From IMG/VR virus record IMGVR_UViG_3300028283_000231: 64,000 nt of DNA, one strand, 5' to 3'. The DNA is from a virus (taxonomy: Duplodnaviria; Caudoviricetes). Numbering within the stretch: the first letter of the stretch is position 1; every line of letters begins with the position of its first letter. Under the pieces are notes generated by a model. That model was given only the letters and a program-made list of their open reading frames with translations. It was not told the origin of the DNA and did no database searches. The position numbers were made by a program, and so were the translations under genes. Positions 20,908 to 31,000 of this stretch are shown here, one piece after another.

Positions 20908-21713
20908 AAAATTTAATAATAGGTGAATCATCACAATTATCACATTTCTTCCCAGATGATTACGAAAAAATATCGTCCAGAAATATAGATGTGAGTTATC
21001 TTAGATATAATAAATGGGACTCAGTTTATATTACATTCGCGGAGCAGCGTGTTTACATGAGTGATATAGATTATATTACTCCAAATTTTATATATACTAG
21101 AGATATTATAGAAAATCTTGTAGGTTCTTCAAATAAAATAGTTATATACGGAACCTGCGACCTTTGGAACAATATAATAGGTTGTGTTTATCATGGTGAT
21201 GAATTCTTCTACTCTTACTCAAATGATTATTGTCTATCTAAAGAGAAGTTAATCAAATATATATGGGATAGGAGAGATAACGGATGGTGGAAGAACGTTA
21301 TTATAATTCAGCCATTTAATTTCAATTCTACTTATAGGAAACAAGAGTTTTTATTTGGTAAAATTTTTAATTCTATAATAACAAAAACCCCGGTTGAAAT
21401 AGGTAATACTTATTTTTACAGAGATTTAGTACACACTAAATATATGGTAGAAAGATCTATGAAAGCCACAGAAGATGAAATGGTTGGAAGTGGTAGATTG
21501 TTTTTTGTTAACGATTTTATTAAGGATTTATATAAATATTTTGGTATGGATTATGATAAATACGTTAAAGATAATAATGTGACTAAGAGCAGACATTCAG
21601 AGAAATTGTTTTATTCTTATCAAAAAAATATCTACACTTACGATATGTTATTAATGGACACGATTGAGGATATAGAAAAAAGAATTAAACAATTAAAAGA
21701 AAATAAAGTATAA
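20904..21713 (+). CDS. Atypical SDR-like protein with a degenerate NAD-binding motif
   Basis: IIGESSQLS replaces GxxGxxG. YCLSK, PFNFNS, FLFGKI and RDLVH are retained. Confidence 0.55.
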   Translation: MKNLIIGESSQLSHFFPDDYEKISSRNIDVSYLRYNKWDSVYITFAEQRVYMSDIDYITPNFIYTRDIIENLVGSSNKIVIYGTCDLWNNIIGCVYHGDEFFYSYSNDYCLSKEKLIKYIWDRRDNGWWKNVIIIQPFNFNSTYRKQEFLFGKIFNSIITKTPVEIGNTYFYRDLVHTKYMVERSMKATEDEMVGSGRLFFVNDFIKDLYKYFGMDYDKYVKDNNVTKSRHSEKLFYSYQKNIYTYDMLLMDTIEDIEKRIKQLKENKV

Positions 21714-21720
21714 TCGCGAT

Positions 21721-21924
21721 ATGAACAGAAAAAATACAATAGAAAGTTTTTTAAATCTAAAAGACCCCGAAATAGATATGTTATATAGATCTTGGGATAA
21801 AGGGGATTGTTCCGAAGTTGGACTTTGTGAAATACTTTTATATCAAATCATTAAAGAACATAAAGAAGAGAACGGTGTGTATTACGACACAGATTACGAT
21901 CAGATAGTATTAAGAATAAAATAA
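21721..21924 (+). CDS. Hypothetical protein
   Basis: ORF in a tandem run of small genes. Confidence 0.5.
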   Translation: MNRKNTIESFLNLKDPEIDMLYRSWDKGDCSEVGLCEILLYQIIKEHKEENGVYYDTDYDQIVLRIK

Positions 21925-21937
21925 AAGAATAAACAAA

Positions 21938-22294
21938 ATGGTAAAGATAAAGAAATACAAAAGCCTCATGGATGGTTGGACTCTTAAAAGATACGAGGAT
22001 TATAAAGATCCAAAATATGATAAAAAAAGAAGGACATCTGATGAGTTGACAAATGAAGAATTTAAAAACGTTGATTGGACAAAATTTAAAATTATAGTTC
22101 CAACACAAAAAGATAAAAAGGAATTAGAAGAAACATTACATTATCTTCACAACGCTGATATAGATACCGATTATATTACCGTTAATCAATTAGTACATGG
22201 GTATCTAAATGAAGATGAGGGTTATGAAAACAATATTATTGTGGATAAAGATTTGTACGATAAATTACCAGAGTATAAAAAAGTAAATGAATAA
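21938..22294 (+). CDS. Hypothetical protein
   Basis: ORF in a tandem run of small genes. Confidence 0.55.
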   Translation: MVKIKKYKSLMDGWTLKRYEDYKDPKYDKKRRTSDELTNEEFKNVDWTKFKIIVPTQKDKKELEETLHYLHNADIDTDYITVNQLVHGYLNEDEGYENNIIVDKDLYDKLPEYKKVNE

Positions 22295-22296
22295 AT

Positions 22297-22845
22297 ATGG
22301 AAAATAAATGGTACGTGATTAGATGTTCAAGTGGGAAAGAAAAGAAAGCCTACAAACATATAGAAAAAGAGTTTGAAAAACAAAATTTAAACGAATTTGT
22401 TACTAGAATGGTTATACCTACTAGGAAAGAAGTCTACGTTAAAAACGGTAAAAAAGTTAATAGGGAAGTAAATTACTATCCTGGTTATATTCTTATTGAA
22501 GCAGACCTAAGAGGTGAGATTCAACACATTATAAAAGAAACTTCTGGTGTTATAAGTATATTAGGTGGAAAAGATAAAAATGGTAAAGACGTACCAGATG
22601 CTATTCGTCCTGAAGAGGTTAAGAAGATTCTAGGTAAGATTGACGCTTTGGCTGAAGCGGGTGATAGTACCAAATTAGATTTTGTAACTGGTGAAAATAT
22701 AGTAATATCGGAAGGTCCTTTTGCTAATTTCAATGGTTGTATAGAAGAAATTAACGAAGAGAAGAAACGTCTTAAAGTTAGTATTAAGATTTTCGGAAGA
22801 AAAACTCCAGTTGAATTGGATTTTGCACAAGTAATTAAAAATTAA
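22297..22845 (+). CDS. nusG: Transcription termination/antitermination factor NusG
   Basis: KWYVIRCSSGKE, YPGYILIE, and KOW domain GPFANFNG.IEEIN.EK.RLKVSIKIFGRKTPVELDF. Confidence 0.92.
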   Translation: MENKWYVIRCSSGKEKKAYKHIEKEFEKQNLNEFVTRMVIPTRKEVYVKNGKKVNREVNYYPGYILIEADLRGEIQHIIKETSGVISILGGKDKNGKDVPDAIRPEEVKKILGKIDALAEAGDSTKLDFVTGENIVISEGPFANFNGCIEEINEEKKRLKVSIKIFGRKTPVELDFAQVIKN

Positions 22846-22849
22846 AGTT

Positions 22850-23194
22850 ATGAATTATTTTGAAGAAATAACAGGTAAGAAGTACTTTTTTGTAGAATGT
22901 GATGAGTTTTATTGGAACGTAGTTCACAAAGAGCCTTTTGGTAAAATAAGACCTAATGATTCTTTTGATCAATTTTTCTCTAATAATTTCACAAGGGCTC
23001 ATACAAAAGATATAGAAATAAATGATACATATACAATTGAAGACTTTCTAGAAGAGTCTGGTGATAATTATTTAGTATTCTGTTTGAACGGTGAAAGTAT
23101 TTATCATTACGGTAATCATAACGTGGCTTACTGTGAACATCCAGAGGGATGTACAAAAAAATTTATTAGAGTTTATATAGATTATAAAAATTAA
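22850..23194 (+). CDS. Hypothetical protein
   Basis: ORF in a tandem run. Confidence 0.55.
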   Translation: MNYFEEITGKKYFFVECDEFYWNVVHKEPFGKIRPNDSFDQFFSNNFTRAHTKDIEINDTYTIEDFLEESGDNYLVFCLNGESIYHYGNHNVAYCEHPEGCTKKFIRVYIDYKN

Positions 23195-23202
23195 TAATTA
23201 TT

Positions 23203-23415
23203 ATGAAAGTAAAAATAGGTAATAAAATTTACGATAGTAAAGATGAACCAATAATGCTCATCTTTTCTGATGACGATATGCGCAAAAATGTAGCTCAACA
23301 TTTAACTGATATGCCTGAAAAAGAAGGCATTAGAAAGTATGCTATATTTAATAACGAACATCCAAAGGAAGAAATAGATAAGTTTATGGATTTAAAAAAT
23401 AACGATGAATTATGA
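23203..23415 (+). CDS. Hypothetical protein
   Basis: ORF in a tandem run (MKVKIGNKIYDSKDEPIMLI). Confidence 0.55.
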   Translation: MKVKIGNKIYDSKDEPIMLIFSDDDMRKNVAQHLTDMPEKEGIRKYAIFNNEHPKEEIDKFMDLKNNDEL

Positions 23416-23639
23416 TGGAAAGTATTCAAGAAGAAGATGGTATATTATTTAATGTTGTTAGGGCTGATGTAAGTAGTTACGATCCTTATGATATAATGGA
23501 TTTCGTAAAAGGTGGATTTTGTAAAGTTATTTTAATTATTGATGAGATCACTATTAGAACGTATTATTTTAAAAACGGAGTGGAGACGTCGAAAGAGAAA
23601 ATACTTCAGGACGAGAGACTAAAACAATTAAGGAGATAA
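23412..23639 (+). CDS. Hypothetical protein
   Basis: ATGA overlap with the upstream gene. Confidence 0.5.
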   Translation: MMESIQEEDGILFNVVRADVSSYDPYDIMDFVKGGFCKVILIIDEITIRTYYFKNGVETSKEKILQDERLKQLRR

Positions 23640-23643
23640 ACAT

Positions 23644-25230
23644 ATGAATAGAAATTTTTATATCATTACAATTTTCAATAAAGAAAAATTAATATCTGAT
23701 GTAGTTTACGGGGTTATAAATAATTTAAGTGAAGACTCTAAAAATTACATCATTTGTGTGCTAGATGGGTGTAAGGATAATACTGAAAATATAATAGATG
23801 AAATCGCGTCTAAAAATTTAGCGAACATTATTAAATTAAAAGTGAACGACGTGCACGAGCTATTGTCTTTGAACGCCGCTTTTAAATATATTGATGATAA
23901 TTTCCCCATTTTACCTGAACCAGATAGATCTATATCTGAATTTGGTTATAATATTCCAAATGATATTTATTACTTGTTGCAAGACGATGTAATACTGGAT
24001 GAAAATTTTGAAAAACCATCAAGAGAAATATATAATGAATATCCCACTCTTGGTTATATTTCTTTTAGATGTGGAATGACTTTAAAATCTAACGGTGCTT
24101 CTATCGACGAGTACGAGTTTGTAGAATCAGAATTTGGGCATTGGAAACAAATGGGGTCCACAAATTTCAGAGAACTAAAACATGGCGAGATGATATTTTG
24201 TGAAAGTCTTATAAAAAGTCCAACAGCGATTAAAAGAGATGTTTTAAATCACGTTGGTTATTTCGATGAAAAACTCGCACCTTTCGGACACGACGATACT
24301 GACTTATGTATAAGATTAAACATGCTAGGTTACCAGAACGTTGTAAAAGGTGTTAAATTTAAAAGTTTATTATCATGGGGAGGCACAAGAGAACACGGTC
24401 GACCAGATCACGATAGAATCATTGTAAGAAATAACCAATATTTATCTAAAAAACACGCAAATTATTTTAAAAATAGAACACCATTAAAAGATTTATTATT
24501 AGAATACGAAAAATCTAAACAATGGGTAGATACTTACGAATATAACAATTTCATTTACGATTGGTATTTATCCAAAGTTGATTCTTACGATTTTCTATCA
24601 AATCACCATCAAATTGTTTTAAGTAGAGGATTAGGTTACGGTGAAAGAGCTTTCAGATATTTTTGGCTTCTAATAGGTGCTATGATGCGACCAAATAGTA
24701 AATTTCTAGAAATAGGTGTTTATAAAGGATCTATTCTTGCCCTGATGCAACTAATAAGTAATAAATTAAATAAATCATTTAAAATATACGGTGCCACACC
24801 TTTAGACTCAACAGGAGATAAATACGGTTCTTACGATAATACCAACTACTTAGAAGATATTAAAAATTTATATTCTTTGTTAGGATTAAATATTAGTAAT
24901 CTCACGTTAATAAAAGGATTATCCACTAGCGATGAAGTGAAAACAAATATTCATAATTTTGGAACATATGATTGTATGTACATTGACGGAGGACACGATT
25001 ACGAAACAGTTGTTAACGATTTACTAATAGCTGAAAAAGAACTAAAACCTGGTGGTTTTCTAATTTTAGACGACTCATCAAGTGATTTAAAATTATCTGG
25101 AAGAGAAGGCAGATTTAACGGTCATCCAGATGTAGCTAAAGCGATAAAAGATTACATAGATACCAACGATAATTATACACATTTATTCGCCTGTGGACAC
25201 AATAGATTATGGAGAAAGAAATATGAATAA
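23644..25230 (+). CDS. GT2 glycosyltransferase fused to a Methyltransf_24-like domain
   Basis: CVLDGCKD, LLQDDVI, FGHDDTDLCIR; FLEIGVYKG, MYIDGGHDYE, GGFLILDD. Confidence 0.8.
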   Translation: MNRNFYIITIFNKEKLISDVVYGVINNLSEDSKNYIICVLDGCKDNTENIIDEIASKNLANIIKLKVNDVHELLSLNAAFKYIDDNFPILPEPDRSISEFGYNIPNDIYYLLQDDVILDENFEKPSREIYNEYPTLGYISFRCGMTLKSNGASIDEYEFVESEFGHWKQMGSTNFRELKHGEMIFCESLIKSPTAIKRDVLNHVGYFDEKLAPFGHDDTDLCIRLNMLGYQNVVKGVKFKSLLSWGGTREHGRPDHDRIIVRNNQYLSKKHANYFKNRTPLKDLLLEYEKSKQWVDTYEYNNFIYDWYLSKVDSYDFLSNHHQIVLSRGLGYGERAFRYFWLLIGAMMRPNSKFLEIGVYKGSILALMQLISNKLNKSFKIYGATPLDSTGDKYGSYDNTNYLEDIKNLYSLLGLNISNLTLIKGLSTSDEVKTNIHNFGTYDCMYIDGGHDYETVVNDLLIAEKELKPGGFLILDDSSSDLKLSGREGRFNGHPDVAKAIKDYIDTNDNYTHLFACGHNRLWRKKYE

Positions 25231-26206
25231 TATAGTAATAACAACAATAAATCCACTAAACGATAATATTAAACAATTCACAAAAGTTCCTAATTTTAAA
25301 ACTATTATAGTTGGAGACGATAAAAGCACTATTTATCACTATAAAGATTTGATATTTTTATCGTTAGATGATCAATTAGATTTAAAATATAGATCTATAT
25401 CTACCACACCTGAAAATCATTATTCGAGAAAGAATATTGGTTATCTTTACGCTATGGTTAATGGGGCTGAGGTTATATATGAATCTGATGATGATACGTT
25501 TATAAATAACGATAATTTTCTTAAAGATTTCAAGTTTGAGTGTAATAATAAGATAAATTCATCTTCTAGTATTATCAATATTTATAAATTGTTTACTAAA
25601 GAGAATATATGGCATCGAGGATTTGATATAACTAAAATAAATGAAAATATAGATTATAAAGAAGAAAGATATTCTTCCAGTATAGGAGTATGGCAAGGTT
25701 TAATAAATAGGGACACTGATGTAGATGCCATATATAGATTAACAAATAAGAAAGTGGATATAAAATTCGATGAGGGTAAAGAAATTTCTTTAAACATGGG
25801 GTTGTATAGTCCATTTAACACGCAGAATACGCTATGGAGGAAAGAATGTTTCCCATTGATGTATTTACCCATGTCTGTTAATTTTAGATTTACTGATATT
25901 TTAAGAGGTTACGTAGCGCAAAGAATAATGTGGGAATACGGTTATAATTTAGGATTTCACAGTCCTGATACTTACCAGATAAGAAATAAACACGATTATT
26001 TGAAAGATTTTAAAGATGAAATGTCTATGTACCTAATTGTTCCAAGATTGATAGATATTTTAAATAATGTTAAATTATCTGGAATAAGTATGACTACCGA
26101 TTTGTGTTTAGTATATCATAAGTTATTTGACGAGGATATAGTATCGAAATACGAACTTCTCTCAATTAAAAATTGGGTGATGGATTTAAACTATCTTTTG
26201 AAATAA
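25223..26206 (+). CDS. STELLO/DUF288-like (GT75-related) protein
   Basis: YSRKNIGYLYAM, IYESDDD, QGL...DVDAIYRL, PFNTQNTLW, RFTDILRGYVAQ. The ATG at 25223 is preferred. Confidence 0.75.
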   Translation: MNNIVITTINPLNDNIKQFTKVPNFKTIIVGDDKSTIYHYKDLIFLSLDDQLDLKYRSISTTPENHYSRKNIGYLYAMVNGAEVIYESDDDTFINNDNFLKDFKFECNNKINSSSSIINIYKLFTKENIWHRGFDITKINENIDYKEERYSSSIGVWQGLINRDTDVDAIYRLTNKKVDIKFDEGKEISLNMGLYSPFNTQNTLWRKECFPLMYLPMSVNFRFTDILRGYVAQRIMWEYGYNLGFHSPDTYQIRNKHDYLKDFKDEMSMYLIVPRLIDILNNVKLSGISMTTDLCLVYHKLFDEDIVSKYELLSIKNWVMDLNYLLK

Positions 26207-27295
26207 GTACTGATTAGTTTCATCGTTGTAAAATTTGCATTTTACTATTGTTCCTGTCCTATAATATCCGTGAGGAGTTATCCAATGGAATATGCCCTTT
26301 TTAAATTCTGTTTTATAACTATAAAGTAACTCTTTATCCTGGTAAAAATCAATTCTTATTTTATGAGGAGCGTCTTCAAAAGGCGTGATTATTATTTTAT
26401 TATCTTTACTAACTACGTCAACTATATTGTTATAGTTATTCTGTTTTAATAATTCTCTTTTTATTGTTTCGTATATGTTATCAAATTCGTAATTATTTAT
26501 CCATACTTTTGAGCATAATGTTTGGTCGTACCAAGCACCGTCACTAAATATGTTGCAAATAAATATAAAAGTTTTATCAACGTCATCAAAGTTCTCTTTT
26601 ACTTCCGTAAATGAATAAGGACCCGACGCCCTACCTATAATGACAGTACAGAAAGTAGATAAATAAGAAATTTCATTTAAATCTGCGCCAGCTTTAATAA
26701 TATCGGAAGTATATAAAACATTTTCTCTTTCTATAACGTCTTTCTTATCAGTTAATATAAAATGAGTTTTTGGAAATTCGTCCGCTAATTTTTCAATTAA
26801 AGCTTTAAAATCAATAGGAAGAGATTGATTAGAATAAACGTCACCGTTACAAACAATGACTTTAGAGAAAGCTCTATTATTTTCAATATATTCATTGATT
26901 CCAGATATTTCAAATTGTTTATAATCTATTACTGGTAAGTAATGTTTTTTCTTTTCCATCGGCACTCTCAACTTATTAAAAATTATTTGAAAATAATCGT
27001 AAAATATTGGTAAACTAACGTCGTTAACTTTATCAACAAATATCTCGTAAACTCCAAGATGGGTATTAATATACGTTTCATTATTGATAATGTGAAAAGG
27101 TGAATCAATTTTACAATTTTCGTTTAGTTGTCCGTGTTGTAATTTTGGTATATCCATTAACAATTTAGGACTTCTTTTATGAAGAAAGTAATATTCGTCG
27201 TAATTAGTTTTTTGAACTATATCTCTAACGAATTCCCTAGTGAAATGTATATCACCGTTGTTATGATTATTATAAAAAATAAGTTTGTTTATCAT
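26186..27295 (-). CDS. Putative GT-B protein with a C-terminal beta-rich domain; paralog of 34866-35975
   Basis: KLIFYN..NGDIHFTR, NGDVYSNQS and ISYLSTFC.VIIGRASGPY align by eye with 34866-35975. Confidence 0.5.
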   Translation of the reverse strand: MINKLIFYNNHNNGDIHFTREFVRDIVQKTNYDEYYFLHKRSPKLLMDIPKLQHGQLNENCKIDSPFHIINNETYINTHLGVYEIFVDKVNDVSLPIFYDYFQIIFNKLRVPMEKKKHYLPVIDYKQFEISGINEYIENNRAFSKVIVCNGDVYSNQSLPIDFKALIEKLADEFPKTHFILTDKKDVIERENVLYTSDIIKAGADLNEISYLSTFCTVIIGRASGPYSFTEVKENFDDVDKTFIFICNIFSDGAWYDQTLCSKVWINNYEFDNIYETIKRELLKQNNYNNIVDVVSKDNKIIITPFEDAPHKIRIDFYQDKELLYSYKTEFKKGIFHWITPHGYYRTGTIVKCKFYNDETNQYLFQKIV

Positions 27296-27310
27296 ACGCT
27301 TTCTATATTT

Positions 27311-28027
27311 TTATTTCCAAAGGTTAACAATTTTATTCATTGTGCAAAATAGAACAAAGAATTTAAATCCCATAGGTACAAATCTTTTATGAATTAAGTC
27401 CTCCATTAAAGATTGATCAAGATTGTCGTGAAATTCAAAAGCTATTTTTCTAATACCTAATTTTTCAATTGTACTATCTGATAACCCCTTAAATATTTTA
27501 ACTTCACATCCTTCTGTATCAATTTTTAAGAAATCCACTTTTTCTATTAATCCACATTCATATAAATCATCAATGGTAGTTGTATAAATTTTCTCAGTAG
27601 AATAACATTCATCTATGTTAGATACGGTAGCACACCCTAAATGATTTATATTTGGTGTAGTAAGAGTTTCAACTCCTCTCTTATCAGATATAGCAAATTT
27701 ATAAGCTTCAGCGTTATCTGGAAGATTATCTAATAAACATTTAAAAGATAATTTTGATGGCTCCACACTTATTATTTTTGAAGCCCCGTCGTGGGCAGCT
27801 CTATTAGTAAATAATCCAACATTAGCACCTATATCTAACACTATATCCCCTTTTTCGATTTTACATCCGTGTCTTTGGTATATACATCCATTAGAATCAT
27901 AATCTGCATTTTTCCACATTTCTGAATAAATCAAATTATATTCATCGAAAATTATATTATCGTCTCTGAATATTCTTTTAACGTAAACCCCTTCTGGGGA
28001 TAAGACAGTATATTCTTTATCTTTCAT
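27311..28027 (-). CDS. FkbM-family methyltransferase
   Basis: VLDIGANVGLF, ISVEP, FLKIDTEGCE, IAFEFH. Confidence 0.85.
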   Translation of the reverse strand: MKDKEYTVLSPEGVYVKRIFRDDNIIFDEYNLIYSEMWKNADYDSNGCIYQRHGCKIEKGDIVLDIGANVGLFTNRAAHDGASKIISVEPSKLSFKCLLDNLPDNAEAYKFAISDKRGVETLTTPNINHLGCATVSNIDECYSTEKIYTTTIDDLYECGLIEKVDFLKIDTEGCEVKIFKGLSDSTIEKLGIRKIAFEFHDNLDQSLMEDLIHKRFVPMGFKFFVLFCTMNKIVNLWK

Positions 28028-31000
28028 ATGCTCTCTATGTTTTTTCTATCTATAAAATTACCGTAAGATTTAATATTGGTAAACACTTCATCGTTAACTT
28101 TTATAATTTTATTCTTCAACACCTCATTGCCATTAATAACTCTGAAATTGATTTCAAAATTATCACCTTTAGTGAATTTAACCTTTTTGTAATATATAAA
28201 CTTTTTATCAATTGGTTTAAGATCAGTTAATATGATATTACCATTCTTTCTCACTGCTATATTAAAATCTCTACTATCGAGTGAGTTTGCTGAGCTAAAC
28301 CATATAACGAATTTATCTGGTTCGTTCTCAACTGGTAATATAGTATTATATTCAATTAAAGAAAATAAATTAATTTGACTTGTTGGGAACAACTGATCCT
28401 CATTAATTTCCTCCAATAACAAATCTTTAGTTTTATTTTTTAAAGAATGATATACGAAATTTTCAAGACAATTGGTATTTGAACCCACTTTTTGCATTTC
28501 TTCTATGTAAAGTTTTTCGTTGGTTATGTATTTAAATGTATTAATAAAATAATCAACATCAGTTATAAAGAATATTGTTTTATAATGTACACCTTCTGTT
28601 TCAGGTGTGTTCATAAAGAATGCCTTTTTACCTTCCATTCTCATTCTATTTATTCTATCGTCTATTACTTTTTTATCTTCAGCACTAAACACCATATCAA
28701 AATTGGTACAAACAGCGGTGTTAAATCCTTGTGATTTAGCTAAAATTAAACTGTTATAATAATTTAAGAAGACGCCAAGAGCGTGATTAAAATTATTGTC
28801 TTCTTTAGTTATGTTTAAATGAGCGTGATAATCAGTTGCTGGAAACCAACTGTTTGTGTAAAAGTCGTGTTTTATAAGAGGATTATTCTTATCGTAAATA
28901 AAATAATCAGCTAATTTTTGTATATCTGTTGATACAGGACAATGTGCTGACAAAATAACTTTTTCACCAAATAATCTAATGTTTTCTAAAGTCTTTTTAG
29001 TTATGTCTTCTGACATTTTATAATTAGGGTGAGAAGTGATAATATAAACTGAATTTGGTTTTATGAATTCTATTGGTTCTGCAATAGATTCAACGATAAC
29101 TGGTTCATCTTCTTTCTGTTTAAAATCGTGAAAAATAACAGAGGTATCGTCCTTTAAACAATCTTTATATTCGTTTCTTAAATATAAAAAATCAAATTTC
29201 ATTCCGTTTATTTTACTTTTAGTATCTTTATCTTCAAGAATAAAAGTTAAATTATTGTATTCTTTATTTAATTTTCTAATTTGTTCAGTTTCTTCTTTAT
29301 CAATTAATACTACTTTATCGAATATATTACAGAAACAATAAGTAGATCCGTAATATTTAGATCCAATTTCTAAAACACTTTGATTTCCTTTTATCATTAA
29401 ACTTTTAATAAAGTCTTTATAGTCGTATTTATTTTCTTGTTCGCCATATTTTCTAAAAGACCAAGAAACTAATTCGTTGGCAAATTCTTCATGATCTGTT
29501 CTGTAAATTAAAGGATGGAACCATTGTAAATAAAGATTCTTATATCCTATTTTTTCGTAGTTGAAATTTTCATACACTTTCACGTTAGGATTGCTTGTTA
29601 TCCAGATTTCAGAAAGAAATCTATTTTCATTATTTTCTGGTTCGCCTAGTGTTCTAATATATTCAGATTTAGTCCAGAAGAAATGTCCACCTAAAACATA
29701 TCTTTGATGCATGTCGTTAAAATTCCAATCTACACAAACAACATCGTTATCTTTTAAATGTTCTATATTTTCTTTCCATTTATTTATAGTAAAGTAGTTA
29801 AGATATTTTCTCCACGTTGGTATTCCAACATTTGGATCTATTTCCTTACTTATAACACCTTTCAAATGAAAATAACAGATATAGGTGTGTTTATCTTCAC
29901 TATATTTTTTAAGATGCTTGAGAGCGTCGTACTCGTAATTATTCTGTTGTAACTCTATTATTTTCCATTTTTTAAGTGTATCTTCCTGTTCTATAATATT
30001 TCTAAATTCATTAATATTATTTTTATCGTCAGCGTAAATTGTGGCAAATATTTCTGTACATCCTTCATAAAGACCGTTATTTTTCATTAAAAATATTTGT
30101 TCTTCCAGTATATCTTTCCAACCATATCTTAGATAACAATGATGAACGATAACAATTCTTGGTATGACTTCACCAAAGAATCTATGACTTGCTAAAACAT
30201 CTGGAATATATTTAATTTTTAAATTTTGAGCGTTAACGACATTTTCACAAGCTTTAATATATCTATGATCGTGTCCAAAATAATCGTCCCAATTAAACAT
30301 TTTACCAATGTCCGCTTTAAATAATATTCCTAGTTGATCTATTTCACAATCTTGTATTCTATCAGCCAATGGTAGTACGTAGTTTGTCCATTCTTTATCG
30401 TTATAATGTATTCTACAAATAACCATTCCAGTTTTATTATCGATTTGAGCAATCATTTTTTCAAAATAATCTGGATAAATTATATTATCGTCGTCTAAAT
30501 GTAATATGTAATCACCAGTTACTTTCTCCAACATGAAATTTCTTTGAGCAGCACCGTAGTTATTCCTTCTTTCTATCTCATAATAAAATATCTTATCGTG
30601 TTTATTATCTTCTTTAAATTTATTATATTCGTCTGAAGGTCCGTCGTGACAAACAAGAATTTCAAAATTATCGTAGTTTTGATCTAACACAGATTTTATA
30701 GCTTCTTTTAAAAGATTAAACCTATTATAAGTTGGAATAAGAACACTAATCTTGTAATGAGAATCCCCCTTATAATCTTTAGCGTCTATTGGAGCGTAAT
30801 AAAAACCGTAATCTTTTGGAATATAAAAATTATAAAATTTATTAGGTATTCTATTTATCCATTTCTCACATTCAACTCTACACCAAGTCTTCGCTTCATC
30901 GTTGGGATCTGGATCGTTCTCTTTAACGTACTCGAGTTTTGGTAACTTCTTTATATACTTAGAGTTAGCCCACCAGAAATTACCGCTAAAGAGTGGTTCT

